Positions 42,022 to 55,283 of a stretch of DNA of 64,000 nt are shown piece after piece (the stretch's first letter is position 1; each line of letters opens with the position of its first letter). The notes beneath the pieces are model-generated. The model had not been told where the DNA came from, made no database searches, and was given only the letters and a program-made list of their open reading frames with translations. The position numbers and the translations under genes are program-made. The stretch covers positions 10,160,620-10,224,619 of the forward strand of contig CM119263.1 in the NCBI GenBank assembly GCA_051294375.1, written 5' to 3'. This DNA is from Paraspadella gotoi (Eukaryota; Animalia; Chaetognatha).

Positions 42022-43924
42022 CTGAAATGTCAACAAAAATTAAAACATGAATGAAAGTGATTTTTCTTAGGTATCAGAAAATTGAATATCTGATATCGTA
42101 AATTGTTTTTTTTTTCACACTGTAACTGTATTACGTATCTAGTGTCAAAATGAAAATTGCTTAGGTCTCTAAACTTTTATCCAGACTTACTAGAATCGAA
42201 TACAAAAGTTTCCAGTTTATAACTTCGTCTAATAATATAGATTAATTCATACACGGAAACAATTAAATGAGAACACTTTTTATCGCCGAATATAAATACA
42301 TAGGACGACCTCGTCCCTACATTTTCATTGCGTTTTTATCGCCATTTCTATCCTTTTTTTATCGCCGTCGCCAATCGACGTGTACCGAGAATCTTTGAGT
42401 CCAAACTCGGAGGCGAATGGTAAACAACCGCGGGAAAGAAGGAAAACGCGGCGGGGTTTTAAAACGGCGGAAGCGGCGCTGCGGCGGCTTGCGGCAGCAC
42501 GAGCGGAAGCGAAAGGACCGGGACTCACCGGCAGCGCGTGTTTGAGGGAGAAAAAGGTAAGCGGTTTCCAGTGGTGAGGTTACGAAAAGAAAAGAATGAC
42601 CCCGACGGGGTAAGGAGGTCAAAGTTCCTCCGCGCAAGCGCGCCGAGTTTTTTTTTTTTTTTCTATTCCCCTCCCCCACTTTCTCGTTATTCCCCTTTGG
42701 GGTTTTCGGTGGCGGGGGGGGGGGGTGTGGGAGGTAGGGAAGTTGGGTAGAAGAGGTGTAGGTTGGGTTCCATTTTTTTTTCTCTCTTTCCTTTTGGAGC
42801 CGAGAGGACAAAGGTAGATTTAGGGTTTGTTTTTTCTTGAAAGCGAGTTAGGGTTTCGGCTTTGAGGACTCGGGGGGTGGGATGAGTTTGGGTGGGGATT
42901 TTTCGAAAGATTAGTGTTATTGTTTTTTTTTCCGACCAAAAGTTGTGAGTTTGAGGGTCATTATTAGATCTCTGTCTTTGGGGGGTGGAGGCAAAGCGTA
43001 GGTAATGGTGGGGAAAAGAGGAGTTAAGATTGGAAGAAGAGATGGAAGATGAAAGATGAAGACGAATGATAATCGAGAGAAGAAAGAGAAACAGCGACCG
43101 CAGAGAAAGTAGGTCAAGGGAGGAAATCGATATTTGATTGGTCGAGAGACGAGAGGCCGAAATCCGACGCTTCTCTTTCTGGTTCGACCTCGGAGGGAAA
43201 GGGCGGGAAAATTAAACGATTGGTTGAATACATTCATGAATGTATGAAAGAATGAAGAATCATTAAAAACAACGCGGAAACAAATTTTTTAAACGATCGA
43301 ATATAAATGGATATTTGATATCAGATAGAAAAATCAATATTAGAAGAATAAAGTTTTGTAAAATGTATGAGTTTTATAAAATGTATGAGTTTTGATCATG
43401 TATCGAAGTAGAAAGAAAGACTTCATTTGACTCAGCGTGAAGTTGTATTTGCCGCAAATAGAATGTAAATAGTAACCGAAATTGTTCGCAATTAGGACGA
43501 CAGCAAATGTAATAGGTGAAAATAGGGTGTAACCTAATTTGTTACGAATCGACAGGAATTGATTCGGGAGGAAAAAAAAAAATACTTCGAGGTCTTTGGC
43601 GGGGTTAATGCCAAAATAATCCGAAACCACAACAACGAGAAACGGCGAGGTATATAGGATTAACGAGAGGGGTATGGATCGGTGAGAGGAAAGGGTTGAC
43701 GGCTTGGGTTAAATCGTAGGGGTTACTCACATGGTTGTCGTAATAAAGAATAGAGTGAGAGGGTAGGGGAGAGGAAAGCGGAGAGGAAGAGAAGAAGGTA
43801 ACTCGAGGAGTAGGTTTGGGCGATGAAAAAGGTGAGGCGAGATCACGGGTTATTCGCGGCGGGTAAAAGGCGTCGGTTAATGGGAAATTGACGAGCGAAA
43901 GATGAGGCGTCGCCTTTTGCGTAC

Positions 43925-44155
43925 GTGTCCGTTCCGTGCGTGCCCGCGCTTCTCTCTATGCGCCCGTTCCTTGCGTACACGTGCTTCTCTCAAAGCGCCC
44001 GAACCGGGCGTGCCCAATGCTTCTCTGTACGATCCCGTTCCGTGCGTGCCCGTGCATCTTTGTACGATCGTTCGGTGCTTGTCCTTGCTTCTCAATACGA
44101 GCTCCTAACGTGCGTGCTCGTGATTCTCTTATCTCTCCACGCGCCCGTTCCTCGC
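43925..44155. repeat. Degenerate ~35-bp GC-rich minisatellite, ~6 copies
   Basis: Recurring CCGTTCCGTGCGTGCCCGYGCTTCTCT....CG at ~35-bp spacing. Confidence 0.75.
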
Positions 44156-44424
44156 TCTTAAAATTATCATGTGCCACAATGAAGGACCTCCCTGCCCTTG
44201 CATCCGCCATCGCAGGTGGAGCATATCTGATTATCTACTCGTAAGCCGATTTGCAAGCCCCGCAGATGTCAGAGCCTTTCTACTTTTTCTCGCGCCCTTA
44301 TATATCCCGTTTCTTGCGCTATCACTCGTTCTCGGAGACCAAAAAGAAAAGCTCAAAACCGTCCACGAAAGAATAAATTTGATCTGAAGCAGCAAATCTA
44401 CCGTTCGATCCGAAATGTACATAC

Positions 44425-44562
44425 CGTTGACCGTGAGGTTGGCGGTCTTGCTGATCTTCGTCTTATGCTTGACGCCATCTTTGACGAATCCCGCGATTTG
44501 ACAAACGAAGGGAGCGTCGTCTTCGATGCGGACGTCGGTGATGATGAGGGTGAGGTCGCCCA
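44425..44562 (-). CDS. Kirre/NEPH-like protein, exon encoding the second half of Ig domain 1
   Basis: Acceptor ctatcctatctccag|TG and donor AACG|gtatgt, phase 1/1, joining in frame to the 57058 donor. Translates (V)GDLTLIITDVRIEDDAPFVCQIAGFVKDGVKHKTKISKTANLTVN, with the Ig E-F strand motif LxIxxVxxxDDAxFxCQ and G strand AxLTV. Confidence 0.9.
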
Positions 44563-44605
44563 CTGGAGATAGGATAGAGAGCGGTGAGTCAAAATTGAGA
44601 CAAAA

Positions 44606-44669
44606 TTCGTTCGTTCGTTCGTTCGTTCGTTCGTTCGTTCGTTCGTTCGTTCCTTCGTTCGTTCGTTCG
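44606..44669. repeat. (TTCG)n microsatellite ~45 nt upstream of the 44562 splice acceptor
   Basis: Directly visible in the sequence. Confidence 0.95.
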
Positions 44670-45393
44670 TAAGCTAGTTTATATATTGTTTTATCAGTTT
44701 GGTAGACAGTTGTTTTTCGGACGCTAACGTATATGAAAACTAACTTTCTAACCAACCGGTTACTCTATCCAATAAAAGGCGAGAGGAGAAGAAAGAGGGT
44801 CAATGTTTACTGACAAGAGCGATTTTCCTAGTCAATTAGATAATAGAGATACTACTGTATTTCTCTAACCCTTTCTCCCCCTTTTCAGCTCCCAGCCTTC
44901 TCCCCTACTCTTCCCCATTTCAAACTTTAAATTAGGATCTCTGGATCTCTGTAGTCAATTTCAAATCCATCGCGGCTTCGCATAAAATTATACTAAATTT
45001 ATAATTTAAACTTCCTCCTCTTCCTTGCAGTAGCAGTTTGAGCGACGGGCCAATAATGAAAAGTTAATTGAGATTTCCAGGCAGAGAGATGACATATAGA
45101 AAATGGCAGGATGACAATAGAGAACGGATAAACGAACGACTGGAGACGATAGTACGAAGGGGATGGGGGAAAAAAAACGCTATTTCATTGGGAAAAGTCA
45201 ACTCAGAGAAGAGGGCTAAAAAAAAACCCCTTGATATTTGTTTGTGGAAATTACCTCGGGGAATTTTGAATTTTTTAAAAGGAAGAGAAGAGGGAAGGGA
45301 GAAAAGAGAGAGAGAGAGAGGAAGAGAGAAAGAGGGAGAGAGTTACAAAGATAATTGACAAAGCCTGATCCTTACTACCCTTCCCGCGCTATC

Positions 45394-45466
<73 letters not shown>

Positions 45467-45796
45467 TAGAGATAAGAGAGTGAAACCAGAGTCAGACCGG
45501 ATCGCGTCTCTGGCCTCCAACTTTCGCCAAAACAAAACGGATGACCCAAAATCTTCACCTCGCCTCCGGGCGGCTTTCCTTCAAAAAAGAGAAGATGATG
45601 AAGGAAAGAGAAGAATGGAGGAAGGACGGAGGAAAGGAAATGTATGCGTGAGCTTGTATATAGAATAAATAGACGAAGAAAAAAAAAGTGGAAAACGCGA
45701 GAGAAAAAAAGGAAGAAAAATGAGGAGGAGAGAGTGAAGGGTAAAAGAGAGCAGGGGGGAGGAGAGGGGGGGACAGAGTGTTGCTTAAGAGGGATC

Positions 45797-46070
45797 AGGA
45801 TGAGAAGAGATGGAGTTGAGATGATGGAGAACTGAAATCTGAGATGAGAAGAGATGGAGTTGAAATGATGGAGAACTGAGATCTGAGATGAGGAAGATGG
45901 AGTTGAGATGATGGAGAACTCAGATCTGAGATGAGGAGAGATGGAGTTGAGATGATGGAGAACTGAGATTTGAGATGAGGAAGATGGAGTTGAGATGATG
46001 GAGAACTCAGATCTGAGATGAGGAAGATGGAGTTGAGATGATGGAGAACTGAGATCTTTGGGATGAAGAT
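45797..46070. repeat. 43-44-bp minisatellite, ~6 copies
   Basis: Unit GATGGAGTTGAGATGATGGAGAACTGAGATCTGAGATGAGGAA. Confidence 0.95.
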
Positions 46071-46597
46071 GGAAAACCGTTTTGGAAGAGATTCGTTAGA
46101 TCGTTAGATTGCAATATTCAATAAAGAAATAATTGATGAGCTTAAATATATGCAAACATAGTGAGTTCAAGTTGAAGAACTCGGAAAAAATATAAGTCTC
46201 TCATTATAAAGGTGAAATAGGGACGAAGTTGAAAATCAAAAGCAGAAGAGTCGGGGTGTGGACAAGTTGAAGCAAATGAGAAATCAACGATTCTGAATAT
46301 CGAAGAGAAATCGATTATGAAGGAAAGACGACCTTGGTCTCCGCAGGTCGTCAGGTCGTCATAATGATCGTCAGAGTTGTTTCCCCCCATCAACGCAACG
46401 ATCGCCTCCTCCATGATTGACGCCTTTGCTTCCCCATCAACTCCATCACTCCAGCCTTCACCATGGGCGTCGTTGCCATCGCAACGCGCTTGCATTATCG
46501 CCAACCCTCCGCCCCCCCCCGCTGTCGCCATCGTCGCTGAGGCCGTCGAGGCAATCCATGCCTGGTTTTTCATCAACGGGAAAATCGATAGACATCT

Positions 46598-46688
<91 letters not shown>

Positions 46689-46972
46689 TCTCTTCCTCTC
46701 GTAATGAACGGATCTGCTTTCATGGGGCTCTCCCCAGTCATTGCACGCGCCCCCACCATATCTACTACCCTCCACCTTAACGCCTTTGAGAATTAAACCG
46801 CCACCGCCGCTGCCGCCGCCGCTGCCACAGCCTTTACCGCAGCCGCCCCTGCAGTGCCGTTCCACCGCGCCGCGGGACCGCCAAAAAAGCCAGTGGGAGG
46901 TAAATCTAAATCAACGTTTATTGCAGCGTTCAATTCTAAGGGCCCTCTTCGCCTCCCACCCTGGTTTTCTCT

Positions 46973-47053
<81 letters not shown>

Positions 47054-48195
47054 CTCTCTCTCTCTTCCCTCTCCTCCTCTTTCCTTTTTGCTCTCCAACA
47101 GAACTATCGAAGCAACAGGACTCACATCGACCCGAAAGAAGTGAATCTAAAATCACGGGAAAAAAATCCCACGGAATCGTTGGCCAATTTCAAACTCTTC
47201 TTTTCTTAATCGGGCTTCTCTTTATTTACCCTTTTTCGCGGCCTTTTTTTTTCCTTTTCATTTTCTAATTCTTCTTAGGTTTTACGTTTCTTTTAAAAGA
47301 AAAAAAAATCGTGCCAATATTTTCTTCCTTCTATCCTTATGTCTCATTTTTCCTCCCGTCTCTTCATTCTCTCCTTTTATTTTCTTTTCCATTTTCCTTT
47401 ACCCAACCACTTGTCTCCTTCCCTTTTCTTTTCCTTTCCTTCTCTTTTCCTTTTCCCTTTTCCCTTCCGGCCCGGATTTCGGCCAGAGACTCTCAGGCCT
47501 GGTTCCGCCCCCCCGCTGTTGGATCTCATCTCGGAATCGTTTGACCCCTGACGTTTATTCCGCCCCCTTCTTTGACCCGGGCCATTGGACCCTTCTCTCT
47601 CTCCTTTCTCGGCACGCCCCATGCCGCCCTTCTGCCGCCCCCTTCGGCTCTTCCGCGGCGAGACCGCGCCTTTGGCTCCGTCGGCCATTTCCGCTGACGC
47701 CCCCCCTCGAGGTGCTCACCCAGTTTCTCAGGGGCCCGCGATGGTGAGGTGGTTCGCGGCTCGCCAGGTCCAGAGTTCTAGACCCGTAAGTTCCTCTTTA
47801 TCTTCTTATTTCCCCGTTTCGTTAAATATCTTCTCATTACAAATAATTATCGACAATCTTCTCCCTCCCCCATCTCCCGGTCCGCCTCTCTTTCACATTT
47901 CCACCAAATTCCACGCATTTCTTCCTCACCCAACTTTTCGCCACAGCGTTTCCTTGACAGCAGAAACCAATCCAAGTTCTTTCCGCGATTTTCAGCTCAA
48001 AGATTCGGTGGCCGAGGTAGGGGAGAGGCAGTGCGGAGATGGGGGCGGGAAGGAACGTGTCATTCAGGCCAGGGAGCGCGGCGGTGTCGGGCCTTCGGGA
48101 GCCGTTCGGGGTCCAATGGGAGGTGCCAACGGGGGCGGGAACAGCCAAAAGGGCGAAGAGGGCGAGAGAAGTCGTGAGGTTTTTTTAAAAGACTG

Positions 48196-48261
<66 letters not shown>

Positions 48262-48718
48262 AGTCTTTTCCCAAGCGTTTATCGCTTGCTTCCTGGGTTG
48301 GCGCTGCCATTTTTACGTCACTTCCGGTCAATAAAAAAACGGCAGCCATTTTTTTCCTTAGCTGTGGAAAATATACCATTTCCCTTTTTAATTGAAAGAG
48401 TTTAAGAAAAAAAAAACAAATAAAAAAAAATAACAGAAAAAAAAACATTAAAAAGAGAAGAAAAAAAAAACGTGTCAAAAAGCAGAGGGCGTACTCAATT
48501 ACCAATAACGCCGTCGCCACCATTTTTTTTTATTATAAATTCCATTAATCTGATTAATTTTATTAATTTTATTTTTCTCCTTTTTTTTTTCTTTTTCTCT
48601 CTCTCTTCGCAAATTCGTCGGTTCGTCCTTCACATCTCATCTCAGAGGAAAACCTTTAAAATTTCCCTCACGTAATTTTTCTATTAGATTCCGTCTGCAT
48701 CGGCTGCGTCACGCCTGT

Positions 48719-48750
<32 letters not shown>

Positions 48751-48894
48751 TCGGTGAGGTTCGTTTTGTTGTCGGGCGCGTCGTCGTCGTCGTCGTCGTC
48801 TTCCACGTCGGTGATATCTCAGTCGCCATCGCCTCCGGATTATGAGGTTGTGATTTTCGTCGTCTTCTGCATCATTATTATCCTCGCCGGTGTT

Positions 48895-48906
48895 ATCATC
48901 ATCATC

Positions 48907-48971
<65 letters not shown>
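48895..48971. repeat. (ATC)n microsatellite
   Basis: Directly visible in the sequence. Confidence 0.98.
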
Positions 48972-48972
<1 letters not shown>

Positions 48973-49313
48973 TCCAAAGCAAAATTGCTTCATGATCCTC
49001 GTCGCACTCCTAATCCCCATGATCCTGATCCTGATCCATAACCATGATCCTGATCTTCCAGACCTCATGATCCTCATCTTGCTCCACCATCTTTAACCCC
49101 GTCCACCTTTAATCATTCCTGATCTTCCCATCTCTCAGTCACATTCCTTCTTCTTTTCCTCTTTTCAATTTTGATCCTCTTCCTCCTCCTCCTCCTCCTC
49201 TTCCTCCTCTTTCCTCCTCCTTCTGAAATCCGAGCAGAATCTCCCCTAATTTTCCGCGCTATGGTTTATTATCGATAAAATCGTCCCCCAGTGTCTCTCT
49301 CTAACTCCTCTCT

Positions 49314-49376
<63 letters not shown>

Positions 49377-49417
49377 TACGAGAATCAATTCGTTTCGGGG
49401 TTAGGAGCTTCCCTCGC

Positions 49418-49500
49418 CTTTTGCCCGCCATTTTGCCCGCCATTTTGCCCCGCCATTTTGCCCGCCATTTTGCTCCGCCATTTTCGCCACCCGCCATTTC
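49418..49500. repeat. 12-bp tandem repeat (TTTTGCCCGCCA)n, ~6 copies
   Basis: Directly visible in the sequence. Confidence 0.9.
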
Positions 49501-50087
49501 GAGCGACGGAATTCAACGGAGCGTCTCGGCGTTGGACGGCGGACTGCGAGGCACAGAGGTTAGGGTGAAGAGGCGTCTGCCGATATCTTTGTGGCTGTTG
49601 TCGTCGTTGTTGTTGCAGTCACCGTTGTACAAGTATGACGCCGTGCAGTAAGGAACTGCTGAGAAAGAAAATGACCCTTCTTCCTTACCTTCTGCCCTCT
49701 AACCTTATTCTTTTAGCTCCTGTTCCCCTTAATTCCTACGCTCACACCCTTTGCTTGGCCAAATTGTCCCTACTTCCTTTCTGCCCATTTCTCTATGCCA
49801 CTCCTTTCTCCTCTTTCCTTTTCGGCCTATCTACTTCCTTCTCTCCCCCTGCTTCTCCCTACCTCCCTTCCCCACTATCCCCTTTCCCCATCTGTCCCCT
49901 CCTTAGGCCCCCTACCTCATCCCTATCCCCTCTGCTCCCCCTACGTCCCTACCCCTCATCCCCTCTGCCCCCCAGTAAACATTTTTATTTTCCTTCTCTT
50001 CAAATCGATTCGACTTCGTTTGTCGCGAATCGAAGGAGGAAAAGAAAACTGGGATCCCGCTGGAGGGTGAAGGCGATGGGAGTGGAA

Positions 50088-50420
50088 AGGAGTGGTTTAG
50101 AAGTGGAAATGAGTGGTTTATAAGTGGAAAGAGTGGTTTAGAGGAGTGGAAATGAGTTGTTTAGGAGGAGGGAAAGGAGTGGTTTAGAAGTGGAAAAGAG
50201 TGTTTAAGAGGAGTTGAAAGGAGTGGTTCAGGAGTGAAAAGGAATGGTTTATAAATGGAAATGAGTGGTATTAGAAGGGGTGCAAAGGAGTGGTTAAGTA
50301 GAGTGAAAAGGAGTGTTTAAGTAGAGTGAAAAGGAGTGGTTTAGGAGGAGTTGAAAGGATGGGTAGGAGAGTGAAAAGGAGTGGTTAGTAGGAGTGGTTT
50401 AGAAATGGAAATGGAGTGGA
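50088..50420. repeat. ~21-24-bp purine-rich minisatellite (second copy at 54640-54990)
   Basis: Recurring GTGGAAAGGAGTGGTTTAGRAG-like units. Confidence 0.9.
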
Positions 50421-50670
50421 ATGAGAAGTGGCAGGAATAGGGTTTTGGGCTTGTAATTTCGAGGGGCGAGCTGGCTGGTGGTTGCTGGCTGGTTGCTAAT
50501 GCATGTACTCTCTTCTTTCGTTGTAGCATTGTTTTGAAGATACCCTATCCATCATTTCCTTCTCACTTCAACCTTTGCCTTCACAGACTCTTCACCAACT
50601 CACTCCGCGGGCGTGGGCGTCACAACATTTGGGATTCTTGCCGTTTTCTTCTCTCCAGGGTCTTCGATCT

Positions 50671-50704
<34 letters not shown>

Positions 50705-51076
50705 TCGTCTGTCGTCTTCGTCGTCGTCATCTTTTGATTATATACTTCATCGCCGTCTTCTTATTATAACTTTCTCTGTTCTAAACTTCACTTTTCTCAC
50801 CTTTTTGTTTCAGAACCCGCGACTTCTTCCTCTACCCACCCAAGCCAGCACCGATCACCTCACCATTCCATACGCTTCCAAGTTTCACTGTCTCATATGA
50901 GCGTCCGAACGTCAAAAAAAAATGGGGGAAAAAAGTTGAGTTAGATAAAGGAAAAAAGGAGAATTCGAAAAAATAGGAAGAGTTTAATAAAAAAGGAAAT
51001 CTCTCCTTTCNNNNNNNNNNNNNNNNNNNNNNNNNTTTGTTCTTCTTTTCATTTCGTTGGTAGCATTAAAGGAGAT

Positions 51077-51214
51077 TAGTTTGTTTTTATTTTGAACAAC
51101 GAATTTATTTAGCATGAAAAATGACATGTTCGCGCTTCAATGTAAGCCTTCATCAGCGCAAAGTGTCCATTTTTCATGCTAAATAAATTCGTTGTTCAAA
51201 ATAAAAACAAACTA
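51077..51214. mobile_element. 138-bp palindromic MITE-like element
   Basis: Perfect 47-bp inverted repeat: TAGTTTGTTTTTATTTTGAACAACGAATTTATTTAGCATGAAAAATG at 51077-51123 versus 51168-51214. Imperfect pairing continues inward, and both ends carry TA. Confidence 0.7.
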
Positions 51215-54200
51215 TTCTGCATTTAATCCTTGAAAGTAAAAACAAATTCGTTGTCTGTCAGCAAAATAAAATAAAATTTATTAAATGAATGGATAATTTT
51301 TATATTGGTTGTACCAATTTCATAAAACCACTACAAATGAATGTTACTACTTTAATAACGGTTTTGAAAAAGGCCATGATGATCCCATTTAATCTACAAA
51401 AAACCCTCACCAATATCACTAACTCACCGAAAATAAGCTGGAAATTTAATAGTTGTTAAGACAGACAGGATGACTAATCGCGTTGTCTATTATGGAGAAT
51501 TCATTAGATTTTGGGAACACATTTTTTGTAATACTCTTCTTACAGTTCATATCTCCCAATACATGCATCTTATTCCTAAAAAAGCACTAGAAATTTTATT
51601 ATTGTTGTATTTAAAATTTAATTTCGTCGAAATTTGAACACAATTTTGACGTAAAACCTCACTTCCGGTTAAGGCCACGCCCCATAATCATGAGATATTC
51701 TTTTAATCTAATATGAAAGCTTAGGAAAATCAGCCAGCTAAGTTTTCTAGCAGTTAATAGTTTAAAAACCTTTATATTAAAGCATATAAGAAACACTTTC
51801 ATTTTGATGAAATTCGTTCATTTTTAAACAATTTTTTGCAATCACTACTCATTAACTTTGACGCTCAATTGGGTTCATTAACCAAAACCTTTTTTGCTTA
51901 TTCGGGTTTCAAAATGAGTTGAAGTCAGACAAATAATGGGAAACCGGACCGAGTGAGAACTTTGTATGGAGTTTTGATGAGGCTGGGGAACTCTATTGTA
52001 CAAGTATGACGCCGTCCAATAAGGCGCAGTTTGAACTGGCTATAAGGGGACAGTTTCAACTGCGCCCTCTTTCTGTTCACGAAAACTGTCTTTTTTCCTC
52101 TGTTTTGGGGAATCCCCACCACTATTTTTTACGGGGATTATTGTTTGAAGCCTTCTGCCTTATCCACGGCGGGGAATCCCGCACTATTTTTGATGGGATT
52201 GACGTTTGAAGCCCTGTCATCATCATATGGCAGTCCTTGTTATAAAAATATTTTAACTGAAAACATAAGAAACTTTAACACAATCCTAATTTAAAAATAA
52301 ATAATTTATTTGCATTTAGGTTCATTCCTAAACCCTCTATTTTATATTATCTCTCTCTCGGTTTACCTCTCTCTTTTTATTTTTCTATTTTCATCTCTCT
52401 CTCTCTCTCTCTTTCAATCTATATCTCTCTCTCTCTTTCTCTTTCAATCTGTATCTCTCTCTTTTTCTCACTCTATTTCTTTTTTTTTCTATTTTTATCT
52501 CTCAGTCTTTCTATCTTTATCTCTCTCTCTTTCTCACTCTATTTTTTTTCTATTTTTATCTCTCTCTCACTTTCTCTCTTTGTCTCTCTTTCTACCTTCT
52601 CTCTTTTTTATTTTCATATATCTCTCTCTCTCTGTCTCTGTCTCTCTTCCTCTCTGACTCTGTCTCTCTCTCTCTATCTTTCTCTCTCTCTTTCTCTCTC
52701 TTTGTATCTCTATCTCTTTTTCAATCTATTTTTTTTTTCCTATTTTTTATCTCTCTCTCACTTTCTTTCTCTCTCTTTGTCTACCTCTCTCTCTTTCTTT
52801 TTTATTTTCATATATCTCTCTCTGTTTGTCTCTCTTTCTCATGGGTATTAGAGCGTAGTGAAAGTTACATGCAAAAATTCTAAATGTCACTTATGATTAA
52901 CATACTATCAGTGAACATTAATTTGTAAAAGAAAATCATTTAATGTTCTTCAATTTTTGCAGTAGGCTATATTTATATATAGTACTATCCTTATAAAACC
53001 AAAACATTTCAAAATAGGCTTTTCCATTTAAACCCATTTTCACTAGCACGATTCTATTGAAATTTCATATCCTACCCACACACAAAATTTTATTCCAATC
53101 CATCCATCCAATCACGAGTAATTAGAGTATAATGCTAAAGGGGGATGGACAGACGGACCCGTCGGGGTCAGGTTCGGGTCAAGTCCGCGATCTGAGCCGC
53201 GAACGGAAGAGAACAATGTATACAAACTTCCCGAGAACTGTATTTTAATTGTCTTTTGTCTCAGAAAGCAAAAGTGCAAATGTTTTGAGAGGGCGCCTGA
53301 TGATGAAGGAAATCTGATCAAAGCTCGAACAATAGATTTCTACTTGTCTGGCAACCATTCGAGTTTAAAAAATGACCAATTATAATTTTAATTCATAATT
53401 ATATATTTTAACTATTAATATCATTATGATTATAATTATAATTTTTAGATCCAAATGAATTATAATTTTTTGAATGTTACTTAGCATCTTTGTGTTTTGA
53501 ATTGAGAAAAAGTTTGAAAAGTTTGATTTATTTTGAGACATTTGTTGTTGTTGTTGTTTTGATTTTAATTCAAGTCTTCATCAGCACTCTATTCCATCAA
53601 AGCTGTATATCCAGCTCAATAACACACTTTTCTACACATACAAATTACAATATACCATACTGTCTTTCTTTCTTTCTTCTTTAATTATCTTTTTCTTCTT
53701 TTCTTTTTCTTTTTTTTTTTCCTATATTTTTTCTTTTTTTCTTTTTTTTCTTAATTTTTCTGTCATTAATATTTCTGTAGTGTTTAAAAATATATTAAAA
53801 GAAAGCAAAGAAAAATTCAAATCTATGACCCTCATTTGAGATTACCTTTGAAGCCCAAAAACAAAGAACTTGAGAGAGAGAGATAGAGAGAGAGATAGAA
53901 GAGGATGAGAGAGAGATAGAGAAGAGAGAGAGAAGTGGGCCATTCTCGTCCCCGTCATGAATTTGGGCGGGGATTGCCGGGAATGAAATCCCCGGCGAAG
54001 GCCGCCGCAGGGCGTAGTTGCGGTGAACTTATAGTTCTCTTCCCCGAAACTGCGCGAAGTTTAACAGTTTTTAAACGGAGGATATGGCCCGCGTAATATC
54101 TCCCGTTGTAAGAAACTGCTTGAGAAAGAAAGTGACCCTTTCTTCCTTACCTTCTGCCTCTAACCTTATTCTTTTAGCGCTCCTGTTCCCCTTAATTTCC

Positions 54201-55242
54201 TAACACCGCCACACCCTTTTGTCTTGGCCAAATGTCCCTACTTCCTTCCTGCCCAATTTCTAGCCAACCCTTTTCCTCATTTTTTCTGCCATCTATTTCC
54301 TTCCTACCTACTTCCTACTAACTTTCTTCCACCTCCCTTCCCCACTATCCCCTTTCCCTCTGTCCCCCTACTGCCATACCCTATCCCTTCTGCCCCCCCT
54401 ACTGCCCATCCCCTCATCCCCTCTGTTCCCTCTACCACCACCTACTCCTCGTCCCCTCTGCCCCCCTACCCGCCCTACCTCTAATCCCCTCTGCCCCCTA
54501 CGTCCCTACCCTCACGCCCTCTGCGCTCCCCAGTAACATTTATTTTTCCTTCTCTTTTCAAATCGATTCGACTTCGTTTGTCGCGAATCGAAGGAGGAAA
54601 AGAAAACTGGGATCCCGCTGCGGAGGGTGAAGGCGATGGGAGTGGAAAGGAGTGGTTTAGAAGTGGAAATGAGTGGTTTATAGGAGTGGAAAAGAGTGGT
54701 TTACGAGGAGTGGAAATGAGTGGTTTAGGAGGACGGGAAAGGAGTGGTTTAGAAGTGGAAAAGAGTGGTTTAAGAGGAGTTGAAAGGAGTGGTTCAGGAG
54801 TGAAAAGGAATGGTTTATAAATGGAAATGAGTGGTATAGAAGGGGTGCAAAGGAGTGGTTTAAGTAGAGTGAAAAGGAGTGATTTAAGTAGAGTGAAAAG
54901 GAGTGGTTTAGGAGGAGTTGAAAGGAGTGGCTTAGGAAGATTGAAAAGGAGTGGTTTAGGAGTGGTTTAGAAATGGAAATGGAGTGGAATGGAGAAGTGG
55001 CAGGAATAGGTTTTGGGCTGGTAATTTCGAGGGGCGAGCTGGCTGGTTGGTTGCTGGCTGGTTGCTAATGCATGTACTCTCTTCTTTCGTTGTAGCATTG
55101 TTTTGAAGATACCCTATCCATCAGTTTCCTTCTTTCACTTCAACCTTTGCCTTCACAGACTCTTCACCAACTCACTCCGCGGGCGTGGGCGTCACAACAT
55201 TTGGGATTCTTGCCGTTTTCTTCTCTCCAGGGTCTTCGATCT

Positions 55243-55283
<41 letters not shown>

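Noticed and set aside
46330-48200. GC-rich, proline/alanine-rich ORFs on both strands
   Set aside because: They are interrupted by TC tracts and show no domain motifs or exon boundaries.
53297-53312. CTGATGA...GAAA hammerhead ribozyme core
   Set aside because: No stem II can form between the motifs, and there are no flanking stems.
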